Assembly (NCBI GenBank): GCA_020891255.1
Contig: BQFW01000005.1
Coordinates: 930,001-994,000 of the forward strand
Origin: Entomortierella parvispora E1425
Lineage: Eukaryota > Fungi > Mortierellomycota
DNA length: 64,000 nucleotides
Direction: 5' to 3'
Part shown: one piece after another, positions 10,214-21,545 of the stretch
Layout of the letters: each line of letters opens with the position of its first letter
How positions within the stretch are numbered: the stretch's first letter is position 1
Notes under the pieces: generated by a model
What the model was told of the DNA's origin: nothing
Seen by the model: only the letters and a program-made list of their open reading frames with translations
Database searches by the model: none
Made by a program: the position numbers and the translations under genes

Positions 10214-11086
10214 ATGCCTTCCCATCCTGATCCCTTTGCCTACAATTTCATCCCCACTGTCCACAACGACACCTACCCCGCCATCGCTCATTCGAACCAT
10301 CAAGCCCGAACCGTCCTGATTACTGGTGCTTCTCGGGGCATCGGGCGAGCCACTGCCATCTCCTTTGCCAGAGGTGGTGCGGCAACCATCATCATTGCTG
10401 CACGCTCTGGCTTGGATGAAGTCGAAAAGGAACTCCTAGCCGCAGCGCCACCGTCCTCATCTCCACCCCGGGTTATCAAGCTACAACTGGATGTTGTCTC
10501 GGAGGCCAGCGTTGCCCAGGCAGCGGAGCGAGTGAAGCAAGAGTGTGGCCATCTCGACATTTTGGTCAACAATGCTGGCTACATCGAAGAGTGGACACCC
10601 ATCGCCGAATCCAACCCGTCGGAATGGTGGAAAACATGGGAGATCAACATCAAGGGCGTGTACCTGATGACTCGCGCGTTCCTGCCTCTTTTGCTTCAGA
10701 GCTCTCTGAAAACCATCATCAATGTGAGTTCCATTGGTGCCCACCACACTATCAAAGGAGCATCGAGCTATCAGACAGGCAAGTTTGCGCTTCTGCGATT
10801 CACCGAGTTTACGGCCGTGGAATATGGTGACCAGGGGATCATCGCTATCGCAATTCATCCAGGTGGCGTGCCAACAGACTTGGGGCTGAATCTGCCTGGT
10901 AATTTACACCAATTCCTCGTGGATACGCCCGAGTTGGCCGCTGACACTGTAGCATGGTTGACGCAGCAGCAGCCTCATTGGCTTTCTGGGCGATATGTCA
11001 GTGTGAACTGGGATATGCCACAACTCATGGCGAAGAAGGAGGAGATCGTCGAGGGAGATAAATTGAAGATGCGAATCGTGGTTTAG
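10214..11086 (+). CDS. Short-chain dehydrogenase/reductase, tandem copy 3 (290 aa)
   Basis: Same SDR motifs; ATG (MPSHPDP) at 10214; AATAAA at 11214. Confidence 0.93.
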   Translation: MPSHPDPFAYNFIPTVHNDTYPAIAHSNHQARTVLITGASRGIGRATAISFARGGAATIIIAARSGLDEVEKELLAAAPPSSSPPRVIKLQLDVVSEASVAQAAERVKQECGHLDILVNNAGYIEEWTPIAESNPSEWWKTWEINIKGVYLMTRAFLPLLLQSSLKTIINVSSIGAHHTIKGASSYQTGKFALLRFTEFTAVEYGDQGIIAIAIHPGGVPTDLGLNLPGNLHQFLVDTPELAADTVAWLTQQQPHWLSGRYVSVNWDMPQLMAKKEEIVEGDKLKMRIVV

Positions 11087-11388
11087 AAAATCACGGTCTG
11101 TTTGGAGATGGTCAAGACAGAGAGAGTATGTTGCAAGAGTACGACTGTCGCACGGTGTCATTCACGCGGTTCCATGCCTGATGGGTAGTATTAGGAGTAG
11201 TATCCGGCACCAGAATAAACACTTGTTGTTTTAATGAGCCAGGATGAGGGTGAGGCCGCTCTCTTTGCTTCCAGGAGATAAATCTCTTGACCATGATATC
11301 GCCTTCTACAAGCTTTGAGGGTTTCTTTTAACCCTTCCCTGTTGATCCAACATAACACGATAACGCGGTTTGAAAGAATGAGATAGCA

Positions 11389-11605
11389 GGACTGTTCCGC
11401 CCATCCAGTTGGACAATGATGAGGGCAATGTTTCCGATCACTTTAGTGGCTATAGTGGCAGCCTGACTCGCCCGGGAATCTGAAACGACTACGAGAATTC
11501 ATTCCAACTTCAACAGGCCATTGCTGGACAATGCGGGAGGCACAATGGATGGTGGAAAACTGGCCACAATTGGTAAGCCTTGAGCAGTCCTTTGCTCGAC
11601 AATCA
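11389..11605 (+). pseudogene. Fragment of the F-box/LRR gene 3' end embedded in the SDR array
   Basis: Near-identical to about 575-795 (gactgttccgcccatccagttggacaatgatgagggc...cagtcctttgctcgacaatc), with an indel and a stop. Closer to the 1..870 copy than to the 14412 copy. Confidence 0.85.
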
Positions 11606-11754
11606 GAAGATGGCCCCTTTCCCTTGACCAATCTCTGTATTTTTCACTTCCAATACCGTTGATCTTATTACGGTCCAAATTCAAGGTGAAGAATGTCTTT
11701 TTGGTGTTGAGTGCCTCACTTAGTCCCTAGCCCCCTCCTTATTCTTCGATCAAG

Positions 11755-12240
11755 TTGTATCTCTTTCCGATCTCATCCCAGTGTCGGGTTGTTGTCGCTA
11801 TGGATGTCATCGGCCTTCTCATACAGCCCGCAACTTCACGCCATCATGGCTTCGTAGACAAGCTCACCAAGCTCGCTCACCTTGTCCCCAGCACCACTGT
11901 AGCCACGGTCCTCGAGCTGCACGGACTGCCCAGTTCCATGATATCGGGTAGCTATACTTCGATTCTACTGACAGGTGCTGCACAAACCACTGGATGTGAA
12001 GTTGGTGTTGTCCACAGCCTGGGGCCCCGATGACGGATAGACAAATAGAGGTTATGGGCGACGTTACGAGCTTTTGTTGACGACACACAATCCAACTGGG
12101 GTCAGTTGCTTTCGTGACAATGCAGTCAACGCTATTTACTAGCTCACCGCTCTTCGTTGATACCGATCATCGTTCTCGCTGTCTAAGTACTCCTCGGCAT
12201 TCGCAAAAGCTCGACTCTTTGCTCACAGACCCGCAGATCC
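11755..12240 (+). mobile_element. Fourth copy of the gypsy integrase relic
   Basis: Translates to VVAMDVIGL, FVDKLTKLAHLVPSTT and LHGLPSSMIS, the HGlP..ivSD region of gypsy integrase. Aligns to 2715-3260. Confidence 0.8.
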
Positions 12241-12651
12241 GATCTCCAAAAAATATCCTTTTTAGTCAATTGTTTTCCGGTTTGTTGACGCTCACCAAAT
12301 CGAGTAAGGGTATAAAACCATTCAACGAAAGGGCGAATCAATGGAGACAGGAGCAACTGCGCAATACTCTACCATAGTGCGCAAAAGCTGTACGCGTCGA
12401 CAACACGCACACGTTGAGTATGCGATCGATCATTTAGAAACAGACCAGCACAGACAGGAAAGAGAACATCAGTCCGTTAGTGGTAGCCATCCTTCTTACA
12501 AACTGTAGCCAACAGATTCTGGTATTTCTTAGTCGGAATGAGGGGCCACCTCGATACTGGAACCTGCGCAGTGAAATCAAGTATATAATCATGGCTAAGA
12601 CAAAGTCCCTTCATATACTCATACACTCTCAACAAAACAAGACTAAACATC

Positions 12652-13524
12652 ATGCCTCCCCATCCTGATCCCCATGCTCTCAGTTTCGTCTCCACTGTCC
12701 ACAACGACACCTACCCCGCCATCGCTCATTCGAACCATCAAACCCGAACCGTGCTGATTACTGGTGCTTCTAGGGGCATCGGGAGAGCTATTGCCATCTC
12801 CTTTGCTAGAGCTGGTGCGGCAACCATCATCATTGCTGCGCGCTCTGGATTGGATGAAGTCGAGAAGGAACTCCTAGCTGTCGCGCCATCGTCCTCATCT
12901 CCACCCCGGGTTATCAAGCTACAGCTGGATGTTGTCTCGGAAGCCAGCGTTGCCCAGGCGGCGGAGCGAGTGAAGCAAGAATGTGGCCATCTCGACATTT
13001 TGGTCAACAATGCTGGCTACTCCTCAGATTGGATTCCCATCGCCGAGTCCGACCCGTCGGAATGGTGGAAAACATGGGAGATCAACATCAAGGGCGTGTA
13101 CCTGATGACTCGCGCGTTCCTGCCTCTTTTGCTTCAGGGCTCTTTGAAAACTATCATCAATGTGAGTTCCATTGGTGCCCACGGCACTATCAAAGGAGCA
13201 TCGAGCTATCAGACAGGCAAGTTTGCACTTCTGCGATTCACCGAGTTTACCCATGTGGAATATGGCGATCAGGGGATCATCGCTATCGCAATTCATCCAG
13301 GTGGCGTGCCAACAGACATGGGAGTGCGTCTCCCTAGCGATTTACGCCATTTCCTCGTGGACACGCCCGAGTTGGCCGCTGACACTGTAGCCTGGTTGAC
13401 GCAGCAGCAGCGTCATTGGCTTTCTGGGCGATATGTCAGCGTCAATTGGGATATGCCACAGCTTATGGCGAAGAAGGAGGAGATCGTCGAGGGAGATAAA
13501 TTGAAGATGCGAATCATGGTATAG
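12652..13524 (+). CDS. Short-chain dehydrogenase/reductase, tandem copy 4 (290 aa)
   Basis: Same SDR motifs; AATAAA at 13647. Confidence 0.93.
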   Translation: MPPHPDPHALSFVSTVHNDTYPAIAHSNHQTRTVLITGASRGIGRAIAISFARAGAATIIIAARSGLDEVEKELLAVAPSSSSPPRVIKLQLDVVSEASVAQAAERVKQECGHLDILVNNAGYSSDWIPIAESDPSEWWKTWEINIKGVYLMTRAFLPLLLQGSLKTIINVSSIGAHGTIKGASSYQTGKFALLRFTEFTHVEYGDQGIIAIAIHPGGVPTDMGVRLPSDLRHFLVDTPELAADTVAWLTQQQRHWLSGRYVSVNWDMPQLMAKKEEIVEGDKLKMRIMV

Positions 13525-13779
13525 AAAATCACGGTCTGTTTGGAGATAGTCAAGACAGAGAGAGTATGTTGCAAGAGTACGACTGTCGTACGGCGTCATC
13601 ACGCGGTCCCACGTCGGATGGGTAGTATGGTAGTATCTAGCACCAGAATAAACACCAATTTCTTGTCTCCCCTCCTTCCGGTTTTTTAATTGAGCTAGGA
13701 ATTGAGGGTGGGCTGCTCTCTTTGTTAGGTCCGAGACGAGGGGTGGTTGTCATAGTCCTGCACAAACTAGTCGCGGATA

Positions 13780-14265
13780 TCCTTTGTCAGAGACAGAGTG
13801 GCTCTATGGTGCTCAACGGGGTCAGGGTTGCGGCAGTCCGGTCGGTGAGAGACACCATGTTGCGAACTATTGAAGTTGGAGTCGTTCTCTTGAAATGGCT
13901 GCACCCAGCGCGCCTGTCGTCGACGAGTGAGCTCGGAGTGCGTGGGTAGATGACAGAGACTGGCATGCACAGGTGTTGACAGTGAACTTGATTCCACCAA
14001 GGTAGTAGTGTTTTGTGCGTGGAGCACGAATGACCGCTCGCAACTCCGGCTTATAGGTGAGAAGTTCTGTTCAGCTGACTGTTTGTGTTTTTCCAGGAGT
14101 GAATGCGAACGAATGAACGTTGCCATGTCGTTCCATCTGGGGCAGCACTGCGCCATGACGAGGCCAGATGCATCGGTGGTGACAATGACGATGAGATCAT
14201 GGCCAAAGATGCGGAGCGCAGGGGCAGAGCAGACGGCGCGTTTGAACTGGAGGACGGCGGCTCGG
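13780..14265 (-). mobile_element. Ty3/gypsy pol relic (RT connection plus RNase H)
   Basis: Minus-strand translation gives FKRAVCSAPALRIF...VTTDASG, SAEQNF and HASLCHLPTHSELTRRRQARWVQPFQENDSNF, matching sAPvL...vtTDAS, aE.NY and DH.sL..l.tq..l.rRqaRW...lqe.df of gypsy RNase H. Confidence 0.8.
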
Positions 14266-14411
14266 TCCCTGTGAATGGTGAAGATGGAAAGAGGAAAGAG
14301 GGCTGGACACCGCGTGAATAAAATAAAATTTGTGCATGCCGCATCTCTTGTCTTTATTCATTCGCCATCTCTCTCTCCTTCCTCCCTCCCTCTCTTCATC
14401 CCGCATTCGCC

Positions 14412-16184
14412 ATGGTGCATATCGCGATGTTGGACCTGCCCGAGATCAGTGCTGCTGTCGGCTCGTATCTACCCCTCAGCTCCTTGAGTCGATGCACCCT
14501 GGTCTGTCGCGCCTGGCGCAGCATCTTTCTCCCAGACCTATGGAGGGTCTTTGCGACCCAACGCTACTTTGGCGAGAACAGCAACCCCCATCCAGAGCTG
14601 TCAGTCGAAGTGCTTGCTGCCTTAGAGAAGCACGCAGGTCTGGTCCGTCAACTCAAGGTCCAAGAGTACTTTTTGGTCCAGCTTCAGTCCATCTACCTCC
14701 CCAATCTCCAATCGCTTTCCGTTGCTCCATATTTTGCTGCCCTCGACCAACAGGAAGCACAGACGGCGCTGGAGGATCTGATCGAGCGACATGATCGCCT
14801 GCAGATACTGGGAATTGAAAACAGGAACACATTGCGGATGCAGATTGCCTGGGATATAGAGACGAGGAGGAAAACCGCCAGTGATGGGGACGAAAGATTT
14901 CAGGAACAACAGCAGCTTCGAACCTTGTCTGTCCATGATCATGTTCTTGACGCACAAGGGCTCTGTATGAACCAAAACGCTGGCTGGGATCTCTTACGAG
15001 GATTAGAAACCCTCTCACTGACACGGACCAAGTGGACTCTTACAAAAGACGACAGCGTGTCATTATCGTCCTTACTTCTTCGCGACCATTTCTCCCATCT
15101 AAGAAACAACCGGATTCAATCTCTGTCCCTGATCGACTGTCAACCTCAGTCGACGGATCTAGACTTTCAAATCATCACCCACTGCCAACAATTGCGATCT
15201 CTAACATGGCACCAAAGAGGATTTGGTGATTGGCAAAATCAAAGTCTGTATCTAGTGTCAGGCATGGCGAAAGGTTTGGCCGAAGGACTTTGGCCCTATC
15301 TCGACACGGTTGAACTCTGCCTCAACAATGGCACGGACGACCAGTACGCGGAATTGATTGGGAATCTCGGCCATCACTCTCCCTTGAGGAGCTTGACGCT
15401 GAGCCATACCACCTTCGGACCTAAATCTGCCCAAGCCCTTCTTTGTGGCCAAGGCGGTCGCCATCGGGCCAGTTTGGAGAAACTATACATTCGATATTGT
15501 CGTTCCGTAACAGGCGCGATGGTCCACCAGGTTTTGTGCTCATTTCCAAAACTCACTACTATGCAAGCACCTTTTATAACAGAGTTGGATGTCCTTCAAG
15601 ACCCAAGGCCGTGGGTCTGTCTCGGAATGAAGGATTTAAAAGTTTGTCTGTATGTGCCCATTCTTGGAGCAGACATGGACCCGAAAACAATTGCAGCTAT
15701 GGACACAACTCCTGCTGTCCCTAGCACATCTCTACCGCCTGTTGTCCCCCGACCCTCGACCGTTTTCTTGGATAGAATTGCGACATTCACTCGATTAGAG
15801 TCGTTGAACGTTTCATGCCGTGGGATTGTGGTGCCTCCCAGGGCGCCAGTGTCTGTTGAACTCAGACGCCCAACCGACTGTTGGACTGTTCCGCCCATCC
15901 AATTGGACGATGATGAGGGCACTGTTTCTGACCACCTTAATGGCTACAGTGGCAGCCTGACTCGCCTGGGAAGTCTGAAACGACTTCGAGAATTCATTCC
16001 GACTTCAACAGGCCATTGCTGGACCATGCGGGAGGCACAATGGATGGTAGAAAACTGGCCACAGTTGGTCAGCCTAGAGAACATTCCTTCACTTGAGAAT
16101 CATGAGATGTCGCAAGAAGTGCGCCTTTTCCTTGAGCAGCATGGGGTAGAAAACAGTTTTGATTACCTTGACATATTTGACTAG
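14412..16184 (+). CDS. F-box / leucine-rich (RNI-like) protein, 590 aa
   Basis: N-terminal F-box-like motif LDLPEISAAVGSYL...LSRCTLVCRAWRSIFLPDLW followed by LxxLxL repeats. Single long intact ORF. Confidence 0.85.
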   Translation: MVHIAMLDLPEISAAVGSYLPLSSLSRCTLVCRAWRSIFLPDLWRVFATQRYFGENSNPHPELSVEVLAALEKHAGLVRQLKVQEYFLVQLQSIYLPNLQSLSVAPYFAALDQQEAQTALEDLIERHDRLQILGIENRNTLRMQIAWDIETRRKTASDGDERFQEQQQLRTLSVHDHVLDAQGLCMNQNAGWDLLRGLETLSLTRTKWTLTKDDSVSLSSLLLRDHFSHLRNNRIQSLSLIDCQPQSTDLDFQIITHCQQLRSLTWHQRGFGDWQNQSLYLVSGMAKGLAEGLWPYLDTVELCLNNGTDDQYAELIGNLGHHSPLRSLTLSHTTFGPKSAQALLCGQGGRHRASLEKLYIRYCRSVTGAMVHQVLCSFPKLTTMQAPFITELDVLQDPRPWVCLGMKDLKVCLYVPILGADMDPKTIAAMDTTPAVPSTSLPPVVPRPSTVFLDRIATFTRLESLNVSCRGIVVPPRAPVSVELRRPTDCWTVPPIQLDDDEGTVSDHLNGYSGSLTRLGSLKRLREFIPTSTGHCWTMREAQWMVENWPQLVSLENIPSLENHEMSQEVRLFLEQHGVENSFDYLDIFD

Positions 16185-16284
16185 TCTCTTGCTACATCCA
16201 TCAAGCCCCAATTTTTCATATTTTTTTTGATGATAAATTTATTAAATATCACCCTACAAAAAGGACAGAGAAGGATACGAGACT

Positions 16285-19200
16285 TTATAGCGCTCGATGC
16301 TGCCAGCTCAAAGTCGGTGCCGCTGCTGCAGCCAAGATGGCGTCCTCCACACGGTCAAGAGCAGCATCGCCACACGTGGCCGAGATCCAATCTTTCCTGG
16401 CACCAACCAAAGGCTGTCGTCTCTCCCGGAAACAGTCAGGGGGGGTCAGGATGTTGTCACAGTTCAAGTAATCGCTGCTTCCGATCAGGGGGAAGGAAGA
16501 CGATGTCGACAGCAAGGAGAGCGGTCGGCTGGACGATCTTACAGGCGTCGAGGTAGGGGCTGTGGGGGTCGTTGGCAGCGACTGGGCAGAAACCGAGGAT
16601 GAAAGTCCAGTGAGGTTCAGACGCGTAGGCGCACCAGGAGTGGCACCTGGTTGATCATAGTTGCGACTATCGTACTGGACCCAGTCCCGCACAAGCTCTT
16701 CGCTCTTTGTGCCAGCAACAATAGCAGACACAATAGCGCGTCGCTCTTCTGCCACAGTCGAGTCTTCAATGGCCTCCGTTGCCTGGGTCTCAGAAACAAC
16801 ACGTTTTCCACGAACAGGGGCAGCTGGCATCTTGATGGGTCCCAGGGCAACACGAGCCAAGTGATGCACTGCAATCCAGTAGAGTACAGGGTTACGCTGC
16901 TTAATAACGCGCCCGCTGGCCACGGCCTTGAGGTAGTGCTTCAGTACTTCAGATGTGACGAGTCCTTGGTTGTCCTGGATCAGGCTTTTGAGCGTTCCCG
17001 CGTCCAGTTCCTCCCAGCGAGTCGTCACGCTTCCCAAAAAGTTGAATGATTCTTGCCAGATAAGCAGTTGAAGTTCAGTCGAGAGCGCCATAGCTGGGAG
17101 CAAAAATCGAGCGGCTGTCGCTTGGAACTGGAGGAGCGTTCCTGTCGTGAACGAATTTTCCATAAAGTTCTTCATGAATTGCGAGAACGGCATGGGGCTC
17201 GTGAGAACTGACAGGATCTTCTCGTTCAAAGGGGCCTGACCTTGGGCATCATCTCGAATGACCAATGAGGAGTCGCCTCGAGTGCTGAAATGATCCAAAA
17301 GACGGTTGAGTGTAGCCTCGACTTCCTGGTCTATGAATCCTTCTTCTTCGTCTTCTTCCTCCTCTGCATCAGCTTCCTCCTCCTCATCTGCTCGAGCTGG
17401 CTCTCTCTCACCCTCCAAAGTCAACACCTTGAGTGCCGCCATGTAGATGAGCTCAAATGATATTCCATCCTGCGTCTGGAGCAATGAGTATACAAAGTCG
17501 AGCGTACAGTGCACCACTGAAGTTGCGGCAATCAAAGTTCCAGATTCCTCCACATAGTTCAGTTTACTCCTGAAAAGCAGTTCAATCGGGTAGAAAAGCC
17601 AGTTGAAGAGAGGCTGTCCTGTAATTCTGCTATAGTCCATGACCATGTTGTTCAGACCGCGGCCGTCATGACTCCACAGGCACTGAGAAATCTTTAGGTC
17701 CTTGTCACTCTTGATAAAGTACTGAAGATACATGGGCTCGAGGATCCTCTTGACAACACTGATCTGCTTCGTGTTTTGGCTGAGAAGCTTGCCGAGGACG
17801 CGTGGGTTGAACAAAATCTTGATCAAAACGTCGTGGCTCACGCACTCATCTCCAGGCAGATCAATCTGCAGTAGCGACAGCGCGGTGACTTGGAACAACT
17901 GGAAGAAGGTAAGTTTGATGTGGGAGCTGTTGTCGGGATCCTGCTGATATACCAGGTTATCCATCGCCGTCAGCCAATGTGCCACAAAGTAGACACCATG
18001 ACGTGCAATAAAGGCCATCCAAGGTGGCAGTTCGTTGGGGATCCTGTCCTGCACTGCGAGCTCAAACTTGGTGACACCCTCGACAAGATTAAAGACAGAC
18101 TCCGATACCAATGTATCGATGGTTTCCTTGAGAATGTGTTCGGGGGCGGAGGTGAGGCGCGCCAAATAGAACATCGTAGTCAAGTGGCTAGACATGTACT
18201 CTGAGCACAATGACACTTCATACAGGCGGGTGGCGAGTGTCAGCAGGTTGGATGGGTTGCTCAGAGACACACCAACATGAGGAAGGAGATCATCTACGGT
18301 ATCAATCTCTTTGCCCATAGCGGATAAAAGTCGCCCATGCACCATCTTGAACGTGTCGGTTCTTGTCCACTGCTTGAGCTTCAAAACGTCCCAAATGCGG
18401 TCTAAAATATCGACGTTGTCTGGTGGGTTTGTTGATAAGTAGCGAGTCCATGTGCTGATATACCTAGTCGTCGAGGCTACCAAGGCTGTCTGCTCCAGAT
18501 CGAGATCTTGCGATGAACTCTGGCTACCCCATTGTGCGACGCCATCCAGTGCAATGTCTAAAAACGATGTGGCCTGGGCCCAGCAGAGAGAGTGTTCGGG
18601 CACTGTCCGATGAGCATCTGCAGCAGCGTGGGTCCAAGCAGTTGCCAGCTGGAAGAAAACAGTGAGTTTTCTTGACAAGAAGGACTTGACGACAGGGTCG
18701 ATGTTCTCTTTCGATCGTTCAACGATGGTGGAGGCAGCGTCTTGCAACAAACGCGATTGCATACTATCCGCTAGGACGTTGCAATAGAGTCCGTAAGCGG
18801 ACAAGGATCGGAAGAGCTTTAGTACTTGGGTCTGCACCTCAAAACTCTGGCGGTTTCCGACCAGCGGCTCAGGTGTGAGCACCAGGAAGCGGAGAAGAGG
18901 TTCCAAATGACCCTCCTCAATAATAGCAGACGCGTGCTTCTTGGAAGAGCGGATGGTAGTATCCAGAACTGCGATTGCTTTGACGGAACAAGAGAGTTCT
19001 ACATCAGTCTTCTCCGAAGGCCAGCTGATAGTACCAAATTGGCGGACTAGAGTGGCAATAAAGCCCTCGCACTCAAAGACTTTCTTGGCAGCCCCGGCAT
19101 GGGTCCTGACCAAAGACAGCAAGATATCGAGCACCTGAGAGTTGGTATGTGCTGGAAGCTGACAGACGTCCAGAATGTATCGAAGACGAGGAAGGACACT

Positions 19201-21315
19201 CATAGCAATAAGTCCGTCGAAAGGGTCTTTGGCGGCCAAAATAGCGTGGGCGCCGATCGTCTCTTCTCCTTCCGTGCCCTGCTCCTGACTAGCCTGAAGG
19301 GTGTCGGGTTTGAGTTCCATGTTGGCAAAATGAGTGATCGCCTGGTATTTGAAGCCGAGATTGATTCGTTCATAGCCACGGTCTAGCAAATCCAGCAACT
19401 CCCAAATTTCTTCAGGACGCGCAATATCCCCTGGAGGCATCGCCCATGCATGGAGGGCGTTAACAGCTGCCACAAGTCCCGAGTCGGTTTTGTCGTCCAA
19501 AGCTGCACGAAGATATACTGGTGCACGGAGTCTGTCAATGAGCCAACGGAGAATTCCAGATCGAATCGTAAAAGCGCCAAACTCTGCATCTCTACAGTTA
19601 CGAAGGATTTTTGCGAGGATGTTGAGAGGAATGATGCGCTGACTAGGGACGGTGGATCGGATAAGATGCAAGAGCTCTGACAGCGTATAGCCGGCCTTGG
19701 TAGGATCGGCACCATGGTGATGGAGTCCAAGGTGGACTGGTGTATCCTCGCCCTGGATGATTTTGCCTGCAAAGTCAAAACGGTAGTGAGCAGCTGGTGG
19801 ATCGGCATCGCTGACGGTGTACGGCTGTACTCCAGGGGCAACAGATTTTCCAACAGAGATTTTCCCGCCGCTATTAGTTCCTTCAATGCCCATCCACTCC
19901 ATCTTTTCTGGCTCTGCAGGCACGTTCTGGAAGTATTTTTTTTTCATGGCCAGAGGATGGTCACCCTCTTCTTCCTCATGTCGTTTGCTTTGGAAAGTAG
20001 AGTCCTCGTGGTGACTCTTTGCCTCCTGCATATTGACGACCTTGCCTTCGACATGGACACCCTCCGAGAAGCTGACTCTTCTCTGGGGTGTCTTTCGCTT
20101 CATCAGTTTGTTGATAAGTTCTGGGTCGATATTCCTCATGAGTTCAGCCCTAGCTTCCTCAATTTCCTGCTGAGACATGTTGGCGAGTTTGTGCCTGTTT
20201 TCGTCGTCGATCTGTTCCATCAATGTACTGTGCGGCGTGTCGGGTTTCTTCAGGACCGAGTGGAGGCCGCTTGTAGGTCTTGGTGGCAGGGCCGTGTCTA
20301 TGGTGGATATGCCATTCGATATGAGTATATAAAGATTTCGGCATATCAAGATTCTGTAGTTCCTCTTCCACATCCTTACTGGGTGACTGCTGAGGGTTCA
20401 TCCCTGATCTTGGTGGCCTCGACGTGGGTCTAGAAGAGGGTTCTTGAGGACAGGAGATGTTGATGTTAGTTTGATAGATCCGATTTGCAGCCAGACATTG
20501 GTCTTTAGACTGAATAGCTTACCATCAATATTCTGTACAACGTCTTTTCCTTGAGTGAGTTTCACATATGAAGATGACGCTGGACGATCGTCGTTGGAAC
20601 TGGATTTTGGAGTAGCTGTACCCTGAGCCTCAGCAAGACGTCTGGCGAACAAACTCTTGCCCTTGGCTGCTGTTTTGGAGGGTCGCATGGTGGGTTCCAA
20701 AGATCCTAGTGTTGTTGTCGCTCCAGCAGGTGCAATAGCCTCGCCGACCGGTTTTTCCAAGACCTCGTTTAAGATATGCCCCATAGACGGACCTGCCGAG
20801 GCCAGACGCCGCATAGTTTCTTCTTCAGTTTCGGCAGGGATCTCCTCCTCAAAACGATCGGAGCTTGGCTCGCCCTCATCGTCGTCCAGATTGATTTCAA
20901 ATCGCTCTCCTACAGTCTGGAAGTGTGTCCTGGGTCCTTTGTCAGCCCTGTTTTGCAGGAATCTAGATCCTCCACGAAGGACTCCTGAGGGCGTGATTGT
21001 CGGAGGGCGAACAGGCAGATCGTCGCCATCTAGCGCGACCACGTCCTTCTCGAGAGGCGGAGGCATATCATCGTCATCGTCATCCTGCACTGTCGTTGCT
21101 TTGGATTGAGTGGTGCTTGGACTACTTTGGACCACGGGCGGTAGCCTCTGCACACGGACCACAGACGCTGCAGGCCTGTCTTGTGCCTTGAAGAACTCTT
21201 CCTGCATCGCTAGTAGGTCTTCCTCGGTCTCGGGCACCTGACGCCTTTGCCGAATGACGCGCGCATGCTCGACTCTTCTGCGCTCCTCTTCCATTGGGTT
21301 ATTGTCCTCGTCCAT
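16285..21315 (-). CDS. RBA50: RNA polymerase II assembly factor RPAP1/Rba50 (spliced, at least 2 introns near 20.3-20.6 kb)
   Basis: IDDENRHKLANMSQQEIEEARAELMRNIDPELI (RPAP1_N-like) and RFDFAG...LGLHHHGADPTKAGYTLSELLHLIRSTVPSQR (RPAP1_C). GT-AG introns join ORF 20398..21315 to 16285..20373. Confidence 0.9.
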
Positions 21316-21473
21316 GTGGGCTGTTTATCTATGAGAAGAGACGACTGCATGTGTGAGAACAATGGTACGACGCGAAGAGGAATGGGACCCTGCGCAGCAA
21401 GAAACACGTCCATGCCGACAAGGACATGAAGGGCAGTACCGTGAGTAGGGGAGCAAGCAGCGACGTGCAAGGA

Positions 21474-21545
21474 GTGAAGGAAGGAAGGAAGGAAGGAAGG
21501 AAGAAGGAAGGAAGGAAGGAAGGAAGGAAAGAAGGAATGAAGGAA
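21474..21545. repeat. (GAAG)n microsatellite in the RBA50/IPI1 divergent promoter
   Basis: Direct reading: gaaggaaggaaggaagg... with a few interruptions. Confidence 0.9.

Noticed and set aside
2900-13740. Regularly spaced repeats as a CRISPR-like array or intact LTR element
   Set aside because: Repeats are kilobase-scale gene duplications; no short repeat-spacer structure, LTR pair, PBS or intact pol.
3899-16184. SDR array as a secondary-metabolite biosynthetic cluster
   Set aside because: No PKS, NRPS, terpene synthase, transporter or pathway regulator in the window.
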